Shown: positions 11,401 through 19,144 of the stretch, one piece after another
Layout of the letters: every line of letters begins with the position of its first letter
Position numbering within the stretch: the stretch's first letter is position 1
Assembly (NCBI GenBank): GCA_050250895.1
Contig: JBFWNU010000001.1
Location: 2,278,210-2,342,209, forward strand
Direction of reading: 5' to 3'
Length of the DNA: 64,000 nt
Source of the DNA: Vulcanimicrobiota bacterium
Lineage (GTDB): Bacteria; Vulcanimicrobiota; Xenobia; Xenobiales; JADMJV01
Made by a program: the position numbers and the translations under genes
The notes under the pieces: model-generated
The model's input: only the letters and a program-made list of their open reading frames with translations
Told to the model about the DNA's origin: nothing
The model's database searches: none

Positions 11401-11533
11401 CAACGGAAGGCTCCAGGAGTCGCTTCAGGAGCTGAAGGATTGCTACGCCGTAGACATCGCCTTTAAGGACGTGCGCGAATGGGTGCGTCGAATCGAGGCG
11501 GAGATTGCGGGAGGGCCCCGCTTCCCGCGATAA
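5405..11533 (+). CDS. Giant TPR-repeat protein (2042 aa) with a ~1000-aa disordered PEPE / ΦLF-repeat core
   Basis: GGAAGGAGG RBS before ATG 5405 (the track ORF starts at 5363). N-terminal TPR of ~330 aa. Central low-complexity region (~nt 6410-9700) holds (EP)n tracts and about 45 DLFS/GLFD repeats. C-terminal TPR solenoid of ~600 aa. The C-terminal module is shared with the next gene. Confidence 0.85.
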   Translation: MADAVALLSDAQRSYTTGDWDQAIDAYKKALEADPNNREACEKMAKVYAIRGMYKSVISTYYQLIDILESSDDLNGALEVADWVMALKPDSAEARAKRILVFQKKGDTEEVVRQSRGLARLYIELGEGDKSIQLLQQAQKADPDNLDIGLELAEMYVSHGHIQDGANQYRKVANAFQDQGNLERAAEAYKRMKVIVSDDPGVLLTLGRLYVDLRRYNEAEQEFRSILRHNLSHEEALLELGRVCQLKGQFRDAILAFNKILSINPDVVMAKEKLGELYKAQGLVPEAIKNFLAAAQAYLEIDEKDKAIHLYQIVLGLDTSNATACRELTNLGAPLIGIEPEPEPEPEPVPEPVAQAEPEPEFEPEPEFEPEPEPEVAVMQPPPAPAPAAGGGRANGFASSEPAMAGPPRAPRAGLTPPDSPRPGLTTPESPRPGLTAPDAADSPKRGLVRRGGDASGGLRPGLRGPGGPGGPGGKPTLGLRDHSGPLRKGLEREGGVGDKPMLMRKPMLERRSPADEKPTLSRNEAPRPTPEPISAREPEPTEFEPLEPLEPLEPLEAVEPPAISPPPALPPLEPEPEPEPEFDEPMAEVEHAEEADFDGEEDESGEERGGLGQSLLGSRQERPSLRGGGLLGAGPRLGIKPGPSLGKPKLGGLGGLRSTKPEGRPGGLLRPGQPTGRIEDDEQGAEESASFDNPEEVNGLFSQMRDRAKPAEAPTPSSELMSPEGGLFDGERSESDSLFGEPAPAGGLFDSPAPSPAQDLFGEPEPAGGGLFDSPAQTDKDDLFGSSPASSGGLFDSPAEPAGGLFDTSPASRAADSLFGEPPAPSAPSNDLFSEPAPAATASNEDLFSSPPASEPAGLFESPEPAPADSLFSSAPRNEEPPSLFDSRPVDESSLEPPSAEPVAQDGSDPFGSSHDLFDQPPPADADGLFGGQATQSDLFDQPAPVADDLFSAPAEAPAADLFSSAPAPASDLFSQPAAPVEEPAAPSNDPFHQSAAPASDLFSQPAAPAGDLFSQPAAPAGDLFSQPAAPAADLFSQPAAPAGDLFSQPAAPSSDPFSQPAASDDPFSPAPASAESAEAPASDLFSQSPAPAGDLFSQTPAPAAGDLFGQSSAPAADLFSQTPAGDLFSQAPANEPFSPAPEPDPAPAADLFSQAPAGDLFSAAPVEAPSSGLFEQPAGGDLFSAAPAPAPVEQPVASEPAPAGGLFDEPAPEARSELFSPAPETAPASEAAEELFSPTTPEAPAEAAAGGLFDEPAPAAGGLFDPAPAAGLFSEATGSSQDKKAAVSAAFERFRKDKPGGGSQEPVPGEEEPRLSSEIVLPPRPQDSPDFLQALEATLPRPASAEPEPEAAPPSVELDLEPSHESAEVPVAPPAHESFEIEEPVATAEPEVVVPEVVPEPVPEPEPEPEVLGRPTVSMSIEEESPDEHVSQADDVRNSLGDSDVATSISVYRKAVEESPDNLVLRTRLADIHMQYGLLEDAVVQYRQIIKRNPASISLRHRLIQAHLWNESHDQAAAALMELAELHSEQGNHQDALDALQTVLSLDPHHFEARKRLVDRFTALDEAKLAAHHLRQLAEAALTKGNVEEAISAFKQLMEISDDPSFQDRLAQVYESQGDNQQALLHYRQLVARYQSEEKWEEAAAATERIAELDPEAVETRTGLIDLYQKLGLTDKVIEQQFELARYHQVRDELPEAIALYERVVAARPQKYDARRLLVDAYLDSGKVPAALQQSEALTEHYLTTKDHTTAIELYRRLVEADSENVELRERLIKFYNMAEDSTNAMEQLLILAGLHRANERYSQAVDCYRRALELDESRVDLHYELAQIHVDHLDDLESAMRQFRRVYELAPTNLEAMERYIRMLLDAGSAGEAGEVLNKLVESSDSGDQVREALLSELKAKIERDPADMSARFNYGELCFHLGELDLGIEQFQQTRRDPAFELKSYNMLGLCFAEKTGFNMLDLAIKQFRKGLETRGHSDQDYLELKYNLAMLQYRNGRLQESLQELKDCYAVDIAFKDVREWVRRIEAEIAGGPRFPR

Positions 11534-11624
11534 GTGGGGCTGGCACGCAGGACTTGTTAACGTCTTCGAACAAGAATGCCCTGACTATTGAACCTGTCGA
11601 ACCGTAGGAGAGCCCTGGCCTCAA

Positions 11625-14600
11625 ATGCCTGACCAGAAGGAAGTCATCCAGCAGTGGATTCAGCACGCCAACACCCTGGCTACCCAGGGTCGGTGGGATG
11701 AAGCCCTCGCAGCTTATAACAAGGTCGTCGAGGTCGACCAGCATAATCTCGATGTGCGTCAGCACATCATTAGCATCTCCTTGAAGAAGGGTAACTACTC
11801 CGAGGTGATCCATCAGCACATGGATTGCGCCGAGATTTACCATCAGCAGGGGGATCGTGACGCTGCCATCGAGCGTTACGAAGAGATTTTGCGCCTTCAA
11901 GAAACGGTCGAAGGCCATGGCTCTAGCTTCGATGGCGGCGGAGACGCCGCCCAGGTGCACCAACTCGTAAGTCAGGTCAAGCCCGAGATCTATCACCAGA
12001 TTGGTGACTATCATCTTGAGCGCGAGAACGTTGACCTCGCTCTGCAATACCTGCGCAAAAGCCAGGAGCTTCAACCCGGCCGTTGGGACACACACATGGC
12101 CCTCGGTCGGGCCTACATGAAGAAGAGCATGGACAAAGAGGCTATCGGCGAGTTCCAGGAGGTGCTGCGACTGGCTCCCGATGAGTCTGCTCTGGCCTAC
12201 GAGAACCTCGGCGAGGTGTTCGTGCGCCAGGGCAGACCGCCTCACAGCACGGTGGTCTGGTTCCAGCACGCGGCCGAGTATTATCTCAAGAAGCAGAAGC
12301 TGGCCGACGCCACCCGCGCCTACGAGCGCATTCTCGAGTTTGATCCTCAGAACAAAGAGATTCTCTACAATCTGGGCGAGCTTTATGCTCAACAGGGTCT
12401 CAAGGAGCAGGCGGTGCGGACTTACCGCACCCTGGCCGAACTCTATGAGAAGGAGGGGCTGCTGGATAAAGTGATCCAGCTCTACGAGACCGTGGTTTCG
12501 TGGGACCCCGACAGTCAGTGGGCTACCGACAAGCTGATCTCTATCTACGAAGGCGTGTTGGGACGAAACTCTAACAACATCTCGGTTCGCGTTCGGCTGA
12601 TCGAACATCTCGCCGCCCAGGGCCGTCGCGGCGAACTGGGTCCCCACTACCTGGCCCTGGCCCAGGGTCATGTCGAGCGCGGCATGCTCGACGAGGCGGT
12701 CAAGGCGTCACGTCAACTACTCGAACTCGAGCCGCAAAACATTCAAGCCCGTGAGATCCTCGGAGACATCTATCTCAAGAAGGATATGCACTCCGAGGCC
12801 CTCGACATCTTCCAGCAGATCGTCAAGATCTACCGGGCCCAGGGCAACGAGCAGGCCGCCCTGCAGTTCCAACAACGATTGGTCGAGGTCTTTCCCCAAG
12901 CTCCCGAGCTACTCTATCAAGTAGCTCTCAGTCTCCGCGACAAGGGCGACCACGAGGGTGCCCTGCGCGAACTCGACCGCATCATCGCCCAGCGCCCCGA
13001 CGATATCAAGGCGTTGGCCTACAAAGCCGAGCTGCTGGGGCGGCTCAATCGTCTCGACGAGTCGATTCAGACCTATGCTCGGGTGCTCCAGATGGATCCC
13101 CAGCGCACCGACGTGCGCAAGCTGATTATCGAGCTTTTGATCAAGACCAATCGTCTCGAAGAGTCGTCGCGCCAGATCGGCGTCCTCTCTCCTGATGACC
13201 CCGACATCCCGGCCTTGCGCAGCCGCATCATCCTACTTTACATCGAGACGCGCCGCCTCGAGCAAGCCGAGCAAGAGCTTGCCTATCTCCCCGAAGAGAA
13301 CGAGCGGCGGCTGGTGTTCCGCAAGGAGCTGGTCAAGCTCTATCTCGACGCCGGCAATCTTGACAAGGCTTTCGAGGGTTTGCCTCAGATCCCGCGCTCC
13401 GACCGTGAGCGCAACAGTCTGGTGACCCGACTGCTCGAGATTCCGCTGGCCAAGGGCGACCTCGAGACAGCCGCCAAGACCATTCATCGGCTACCCGAAG
13501 ACGACCCGCTGCGACTGTCGTTTCAGCGCCGTCTGGTAGCCTCGTATGTCGAGGCCGGCCGGCTCGACGAGGCAGCGGACGAATGCCTGCGCCTGCCGGC
13601 CGACGACGAGGCTCGCTCGGGCTTCGTCAGTCGCCTGATCGGCGGTTTTCTCACCCAGGGCGAACTCGAGAAGGCTTCGCGCGAGATCTATCGCCTCTCC
13701 GAGGGTGACCCGCTGCGCAACTCGTTCATGGGCCAGCTCATCGAGGCTTATCTTTCGGCTGGCGAACTCGAACGGGCCGCCCAAGAGGTGGGCCGGCTTT
13801 CGCGCGAAGACGAGATCCGCCCCCGCTATCATCGACGCATCATTCAGGCCTATCTCAACGCCAGCAAGTTCGAAGAAGCCGAGCGCGACATCCTGGCTCT
13901 CGACGACTCCGACCCCGAGAAACGTTCCTTCCTGAGGCTGCTGATTCAGAAGTACCTGACGCTGGGCCAGCTCGATCGAGTGCGCGAAGTGGTGAATCGC
14001 ATGCCCGACGACATGGACGAGAAGAAGCAGTATCTCGACGGGTTGGTCCACAACTATCTCGACACCGGCGACCTGGCCGGTGCCCGTCATCAAATCTATC
14101 AGATGGCCGAATCCGAGGCCTCTCAGGGCAACCACAAGGAGGCCGAGCGTCTCTATCGCGAGATTCTCGCCTATCAGCCCGCCGACGCCGAGATTCGCTT
14201 GCGGTTGTCCCAAGAGATCGCGGTCCAGGGTCAGACCGAACGCGCCCGCGAGGGTATGCTGGTGCTGGCCGGTCGCTTCCACCGCGAGAACAACGTGACT
14301 TCGGCGGCCGACGTTTATAGCCGCATGCTCGAGGTCGATCCTAACGACCTCAACGCCCGTTACAAACTGGGCACTCTGTGGGCTGAGCAAGGTCAGACGG
14401 CCCAGGCCCTCGAGCAGTTTGGCGCCCTGGCCAAGGTCTATCTCGAACAGAACCTGCCCGAGGTGGCCCAGAAGGTTCTCAACAAGATACTCGAGCTCGA
14501 TCCGAAGGACATGGAGCATCGACGCCAGGCGATAAGGCTCTTGATCCGCAACTTGCGTTTCGAAGAGGCGACCGAGCACTATCGCGCCTTGATGGGCATC

Positions 14601-16001
14601 CATCTTGAACGGGGCGAAGTCGACGAGGCGCTCGAATGCGTCAAGGAGATCGTCAATCTCCAACCGCTCAACCTCGAGCTGCGCCAGTCGCTGGGCGCGA
14701 TGTTCCTGCGCGCTGGCTTCTTGGAGCAGGGTCAAAACCTGCTCGAAGAGTTGGCCCGCGACGCCGAAGACAAAAGGGACAACGAACGTCTGCTACGGGT
14801 GCTGTGGACGCTGGTTCGCTCCTTCGAAGAGAACGAGCAGTGGGAGATCTCGCTCGAATATCGCGAGCGCATCGCCGACCTGTTGCGCTCGCTTGATCAA
14901 TGGCAAGAGGCCCACGAGGAGTATCTCAAGATCATCGAGGGCTACCTCATCCACGAGCAGAAAGAGCCCAGCGAGCCCATTTTCGTCAAGGTTATCGATG
15001 GCTTCTTCCGCAATCGCGTGGTTCCCGAGGGGCTCAGCAAGCTCGACGGCCTGGAAGAGTCGCTATCTGATGCGGGGCATCACAAGATGGCGCTGCTGGT
15101 TCGCGAGCGGACGGCCTCGATCATGGAGCGACTCGACGAGTGGGATCGGGCTATCGAGATGTACGACGGCATCTCCGAGCGCTATCTCGAGTTGGGCGAA
15201 GTCGAGCTGGGTCTCGAGTTCCGCCGCCGCGCCGCCGATCAGGCTCTAAATCACGAGCGCATCGAGCAGGGTGTCGAGCATCTCTTCGTGCTGGCAGGCG
15301 CCACCGTGGAGCACAGGGGACTCGAAGAGGCTCGGCCGGTCCTCGATGAACTGCGCAAGACGGCGCAAGATGATGTCGGCTATCTCGAGCGCCTGGGTGA
15401 TGTCCTGTTCAAACACTCTCTGTTCGAAGAGGCTCGTCCCATCTACGCCGAGGTGCTCGAACGAGAGCCCGGACGCCCCGAGGCACTCTCGCGGGTAGCC
15501 ATCATCTATGCCCGCGAAGGGCGCCTGGAAGAGGCCGCCGATGTGGCCAAGCAGATCTTCTCGAAAGGTCTCGTGTCCAGGATCATCAAAGAATATAAAG
15601 AAGCTACTGGTTTCACCGAGGGCGACGCTGGTTCGCACGTGCGTCTCGGGCAGTTCTATCGACAGATGGGCTTCCTGGAGGAGGCGATTCGTGAGTTCCT
15701 GGTCGCAAGCCAGGATCCCAGCCGACTGTTGGGCGCTTACAATCATTTGGCCCAATGCTTCCGGCAGCAGGGTTATTTGGAACTCGCGGTCAAGCAGTTC
15801 CAGAAGGCGCTCGACCAGCCCGGTTATCGGGACGAAGAGTTGCTTGAGTTGCGCTTCAATCTAGCCTGCGCGCTAGAAGATATGGGGCGACATAAAGCAG
15901 CCCTGGCGGCGTTCCAGGAGTGCTACGTCATCGACATCCGCTATCGAGAAGTGGCACAAAGGATCGAGGCCCTCATGGCGAATATGCACGCAGAGGTATA
16001 G
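11625..16001 (+). CDS. Giant TPR-repeat protein (1458 aa), paralogous C-terminus to the preceding gene
   Basis: Continuous TPR-like helical repeats throughout. Its last ~100 aa align with the last ~100 aa of the 5405-11533 product (LG.CF..G…LA.KQF.K.L…ELLEL.NLA…CY..DI). Confidence 0.85.
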   Translation: MPDQKEVIQQWIQHANTLATQGRWDEALAAYNKVVEVDQHNLDVRQHIISISLKKGNYSEVIHQHMDCAEIYHQQGDRDAAIERYEEILRLQETVEGHGSSFDGGGDAAQVHQLVSQVKPEIYHQIGDYHLERENVDLALQYLRKSQELQPGRWDTHMALGRAYMKKSMDKEAIGEFQEVLRLAPDESALAYENLGEVFVRQGRPPHSTVVWFQHAAEYYLKKQKLADATRAYERILEFDPQNKEILYNLGELYAQQGLKEQAVRTYRTLAELYEKEGLLDKVIQLYETVVSWDPDSQWATDKLISIYEGVLGRNSNNISVRVRLIEHLAAQGRRGELGPHYLALAQGHVERGMLDEAVKASRQLLELEPQNIQAREILGDIYLKKDMHSEALDIFQQIVKIYRAQGNEQAALQFQQRLVEVFPQAPELLYQVALSLRDKGDHEGALRELDRIIAQRPDDIKALAYKAELLGRLNRLDESIQTYARVLQMDPQRTDVRKLIIELLIKTNRLEESSRQIGVLSPDDPDIPALRSRIILLYIETRRLEQAEQELAYLPEENERRLVFRKELVKLYLDAGNLDKAFEGLPQIPRSDRERNSLVTRLLEIPLAKGDLETAAKTIHRLPEDDPLRLSFQRRLVASYVEAGRLDEAADECLRLPADDEARSGFVSRLIGGFLTQGELEKASREIYRLSEGDPLRNSFMGQLIEAYLSAGELERAAQEVGRLSREDEIRPRYHRRIIQAYLNASKFEEAERDILALDDSDPEKRSFLRLLIQKYLTLGQLDRVREVVNRMPDDMDEKKQYLDGLVHNYLDTGDLAGARHQIYQMAESEASQGNHKEAERLYREILAYQPADAEIRLRLSQEIAVQGQTERAREGMLVLAGRFHRENNVTSAADVYSRMLEVDPNDLNARYKLGTLWAEQGQTAQALEQFGALAKVYLEQNLPEVAQKVLNKILELDPKDMEHRRQAIRLLIRNLRFEEATEHYRALMGIHLERGEVDEALECVKEIVNLQPLNLELRQSLGAMFLRAGFLEQGQNLLEELARDAEDKRDNERLLRVLWTLVRSFEENEQWEISLEYRERIADLLRSLDQWQEAHEEYLKIIEGYLIHEQKEPSEPIFVKVIDGFFRNRVVPEGLSKLDGLEESLSDAGHHKMALLVRERTASIMERLDEWDRAIEMYDGISERYLELGEVELGLEFRRRAADQALNHERIEQGVEHLFVLAGATVEHRGLEEARPVLDELRKTAQDDVGYLERLGDVLFKHSLFEEARPIYAEVLEREPGRPEALSRVAIIYAREGRLEEAADVAKQIFSKGLVSRIIKEYKEATGFTEGDAGSHVRLGQFYRQMGFLEEAIREFLVASQDPSRLLGAYNHLAQCFRQQGYLELAVKQFQKALDQPGYRDEELLELRFNLACALEDMGRHKAALAAFQECYVIDIRYREVAQRIEALMANMHAEV

Positions 16002-16015
16002 CGGGAAGGGGTTAC

Positions 16016-17461
16016 GTGAAAGTTTTGTTCACAAGCGAAGCGACGCGGGGGCTTAGACGAATCGGGCTGGCCAGTCTGATAGCCCTCACGTCCATCCAGG
16101 CTGCTTGGGCCGACGAGGGCGGCTTTATGGATGTCCTCAAGCAGCAAGAGAACAACCTTTTCCTTGGCATGATAGGCCTCGGTGTGACCCTGGTGGTCTT
16201 GATCGTGGCCGAAGTCGTTCTCTCCAAGCGCGAGAGCAGTTCTTCACTCGATATCGACCGATTGGCGGCTGCGGCTCAGCGCAAGCAGCAGAGCGCGATG
16301 GCCGCCGCCGCGCAGGCTAACCCCGGGGGAGCCTATGCTCCGCCCCCTCCGCCTCCTCCGCCGCGTCCCGGGGCCCCGCCCCCACCACCTCCGCCGCCGA
16401 GCCCTTCCGCGGCCCCATTACCGCCCCCGCCGCCGCCTCCGTCGTTTGACGAAGACGTCAATCCATTTCAAAAATTGTCCCGCCTGGCCGCCGATGACGA
16501 GATGGCTCCGGTGGGCGCGCCGCCGCCGCCCCCGCCGCCACCTCCTCCGCCGCCTATGAGTTTTCCGTCGGCCGGTCCGGCTTCCGAGGAAATGGCTCCT
16601 CCGCCGCCGCCTCCGCCCCCGCCCCAGTTTGCGCCTCAGGGCAGCGGTGAGATGCCCTCCATGGGCATGCCCACCTCGCCACTCGGAGGAGGAGGATTTA
16701 ACGCACCGCCGCCTCCACCACCTCCGCAGGGCATGCCCACGGCACCCCTCGGAGGCGGTTTCAACGCACCCCTGGGCAGTCCGACCTCTCCCCTGGGAGG
16801 TTTCAATTCGCCGATGGGCACGCCGACGACGGCGCTGGGCAACCTCGGCTCTCCCACCACCTCCCTGGGCAACCTGGGCAACATGGGGACTCCGACCACC
16901 GCCCTGGGAGGCATTCCCGGGATGGGCTCGTCGGGTCCGCCCTCGCTCGAGTCGACCAGTCCTCTGGCCGGGCCCGGCGGAGAAGCCGGGGGTGGTGGCT
17001 GGGCCGACCTGCTCCAGCGCGTCCGGGCCGGAGAACCCGAAGCAGCATCTTTTTCGGGGGGCGGGGCTACACCGCCGCCCTCAACCGAAGACGAACCTCC
17101 TCGGCAGAGTCCGTTCCTGCCCACCGGTGGCTTTAATACCGGTGGTGGTGGCGGTGGGGGGGGCTCGTCTGAAGCTTGGGAAGCCCTTTTGAAGAAGACG
17201 ACCGGGGATGACCCCGGGCGTCCCAAGAAGCCCGGAGGAGGCGACGTCGGTCGCATCCAACTGGGCTCGGGCGAAGGTTTCTCGCTACCCGGCATGGGCG
17301 GCGACAGCGGAGGCAGTCCCCTGGACTTCCTCGGTGGCGGTAGGTCCTCTGAGGAGGGTTTACCCGATGTCGTCAAAAAAGCAAGCCGGACGATCTCTTT
17401 GGACTTGAAGAAGGGAGGGGGACAAACCCCGCCTCCCCCGCTTCCCAAGACTGAGGGATAG
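16016..17461 (+). CDS. Proline-rich single-pass membrane protein with polyproline (FH1-like) tracts and WH2-like motifs
   Basis: GTG 16016 follows a GGGAAGGGG RBS (the track ORF at 15920 overlaps the upstream stop). Signal-peptide-like LASLIALTSIQAAWA|DE. TM helix LFLGMIGLGVTLVVLIVAEVVL. Four runs of 8-12 Pro. Gly/Thr/Pro-rich tail containing ADLLQRVRAG and EALLKKT. Confidence 0.7.
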   Translation: MKVLFTSEATRGLRRIGLASLIALTSIQAAWADEGGFMDVLKQQENNLFLGMIGLGVTLVVLIVAEVVLSKRESSSSLDIDRLAAAAQRKQQSAMAAAAQANPGGAYAPPPPPPPPRPGAPPPPPPPPSPSAAPLPPPPPPPSFDEDVNPFQKLSRLAADDEMAPVGAPPPPPPPPPPPPMSFPSAGPASEEMAPPPPPPPPPQFAPQGSGEMPSMGMPTSPLGGGGFNAPPPPPPPQGMPTAPLGGGFNAPLGSPTSPLGGFNSPMGTPTTALGNLGSPTTSLGNLGNMGTPTTALGGIPGMGSSGPPSLESTSPLAGPGGEAGGGGWADLLQRVRAGEPEAASFSGGGATPPPSTEDEPPRQSPFLPTGGFNTGGGGGGGGSSEAWEALLKKTTGDDPGRPKKPGGGDVGRIQLGSGEGFSLPGMGGDSGGSPLDFLGGGRSSEEGLPDVVKKASRTISLDLKKGGGQTPPPPLPKTEG

Positions 17462-17469
17462 ACTAGCTC

Positions 17470-18384
17470 ATGCCAGCAGTATTAGGAGGCGAGTTGCTTC
17501 TCCCTAAAGGGAATGCCTTAATCGAGGACATCACGCTCCCGGTCCATGATATCGAGACGATGATCACGAATCTCGAGAGTGATCATTTCACTGGCTACGT
17601 TCGTCTGGATATCAGCGGAACCGAGGGGCTGGTATTCTTCTCATCGGGAGAAGTCTTGCGGGCCATCGAGCTTCCCAGCGGAGCGGACCCCATCGTCCGG
17701 TTGCTGCCTCGCGTCATTAATCTGGCCCGGCAACGGATGGAAGTGCCCGCTTCGTCCTACGTAATGAGCCCCCAGATCATCTCGGTGCTGTCGAGCGTTT
17801 TTGCGTTTAAGCCCAAATACAAAGACTACCAAGTCAAGCGTAAAGAGATGAAGAAGGTGCTCAACAGTCTCGAGCAAGATGAGTGCTCGGGCATCCTCAA
17901 GATGGTGGGTCCCGACGGTCGAGTGTGTCTGTTGATGGACCGAGGCAATCTGGTCACCGACCGGTTCGCCACCAACTACGGAGAGGTGGTCTGTGGAGCC
18001 GAATCGGTCAGCAGCGTGCTCGACTATGTGCACAAAAACGGCTCGACCATCCAGGTTTATGCCGAGAAGGCCAACGAGATCGACAACCTGCGCCGGCGGG
18101 CTGAAGACGAACTAGAAAAGATTCGGCAGCTGATCGTCAAAGAGAAGTCGGGCATGTTCCGAGCCAGTGACGTGGTCAAAGTGGCTGAAGACATCATTCG
18201 CGACTGGGGCATCGATATCAAGCAGACCTTCATGGTCGAGATCGAAACCGGCACCGGCGAACTCTTCAACTTCAAGTGCCAGGCCGGACGCAAACTGGGC
18301 GGCTACGCCGAAGTGCATTCAAATATGCTCAAGACCATGTCAGTCAACGAAGGAGACCTCGTCAACGTTCGACCGATCGGTTGA
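17470..18384 (+). CDS. Hypothetical protein, possibly tandem DUF4388/PATAN-like domains
   Basis: 304 aa, starts 9 nt after the previous stop. Two repeated segments (HFTGYVRLDISGTEGLVFFSSGEVL / ECSGILKMVGPDGRVCLLMDRGNLV) recall DUF4388 from memory. The domain call is unverified. Confidence 0.6.
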   Translation: MPAVLGGELLLPKGNALIEDITLPVHDIETMITNLESDHFTGYVRLDISGTEGLVFFSSGEVLRAIELPSGADPIVRLLPRVINLARQRMEVPASSYVMSPQIISVLSSVFAFKPKYKDYQVKRKEMKKVLNSLEQDECSGILKMVGPDGRVCLLMDRGNLVTDRFATNYGEVVCGAESVSSVLDYVHKNGSTIQVYAEKANEIDNLRRRAEDELEKIRQLIVKEKSGMFRASDVVKVAEDIIRDWGIDIKQTFMVEIETGTGELFNFKCQAGRKLGGYAEVHSNMLKTMSVNEGDLVNVRPIG

Positions 18385-18398
18385 CGTCAACACACACC

Positions 18399-18755
18399 AT
18401 GGCCGACCTGATGGATGTTCTACAGAACTTTTGCCGACTTGACCACGTGCAGGGAGCGGCCATTCTCGATGCCAACGGCTTCGTGGTAGAGCAGCATTTT
18501 GTCGGGGATCAGGATAGTGCTCCCGTGGGCGAGATTATCCTGCGCAGCCTTCAGGCGGGGATGCAACTGTCCGAAGAACTCGGCAAGGCACCTCTGACCC
18601 AGCAGTATATCGAATTTGCAGATGTCCAGCTGACAGCCGAAATCTTGACCGCGGGTTTCGTGCTGGTGATCCTGGCTGGAGCTGGGGCGAATCTTGGTAG
18701 GGTGCGTCTCGAGATTCGCAAGAACAAAGGTGCGGTAGAGCGGATGCTGGCCTGA
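18399..18755 (+). CDS. Roadblock/LC7 (MglB-like) domain protein
   Basis: 118 aa from ATG 18399. Roadblock-like core GAAILDANGFVVEQ…QYIEFADVQLTAEILTAGFVLVIL. The longer track ORF start at 18276 (GTG) is an upstream extension. Confidence 0.8.
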   Translation: MADLMDVLQNFCRLDHVQGAAILDANGFVVEQHFVGDQDSAPVGEIILRSLQAGMQLSEELGKAPLTQQYIEFADVQLTAEILTAGFVLVILAGAGANLGRVRLEIRKNKGAVERMLA

Positions 18756-19135
18756 TGAGTGCAAAGAAGATCCTGATCGTTGACGACGAGCCCCATGTGC
18801 TCGAGGTCTTGAGAGTCACTCTCGAGGACTTCGGCTTCAAGATTCTCGAGGCGATGGACGGCGAAGACGCCATCGCCACCGTCCAGGAACAGCGTCCCGA
18901 CCTCGTGGTCCTCGACGTGATGTTGCCTGGACGCGACGGTCAAGAGATTTGTCGCCAGCTCAAGGCTTCCAGCGACACGGCGGCCATTCCGGTGATCATG
19001 CTGACCGCCCGTAGCGGTCCCGAGAACGAGCGCGAAGGGCTCGAGGCAGGGGCGGATGCCTACTTGACCAAGCCGTTTAGCCCACTAACGCTGCTCTCCG
19101 AGGTTCATCGTCAATTGCAGCTTGAAATTGCGTAA
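18755..19135 (+). CDS. Response regulator, receiver (REC) domain only
   Basis: CheY-like motifs ILIVDDEP…LVVLDVMLPGRDG…TKPFSP. The ATG overlaps the upstream TGA (TGATG). Confidence 0.9.
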   Translation: MSAKKILIVDDEPHVLEVLRVTLEDFGFKILEAMDGEDAIATVQEQRPDLVVLDVMLPGRDGQEICRQLKASSDTAAIPVIMLTARSGPENEREGLEAGADAYLTKPFSPLTLLSEVHRQLQLEIA

Positions 19136-19144
19136 TAGGCCCCA

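Noticed and set aside
11463-15755. Antisense ORFs within the second giant TPR gene (11463-12671, 13491-14735, 15246-15755 minus)
   Set aside because: Same reasoning. They are fully embedded opposite a coherent TPR-encoding frame.
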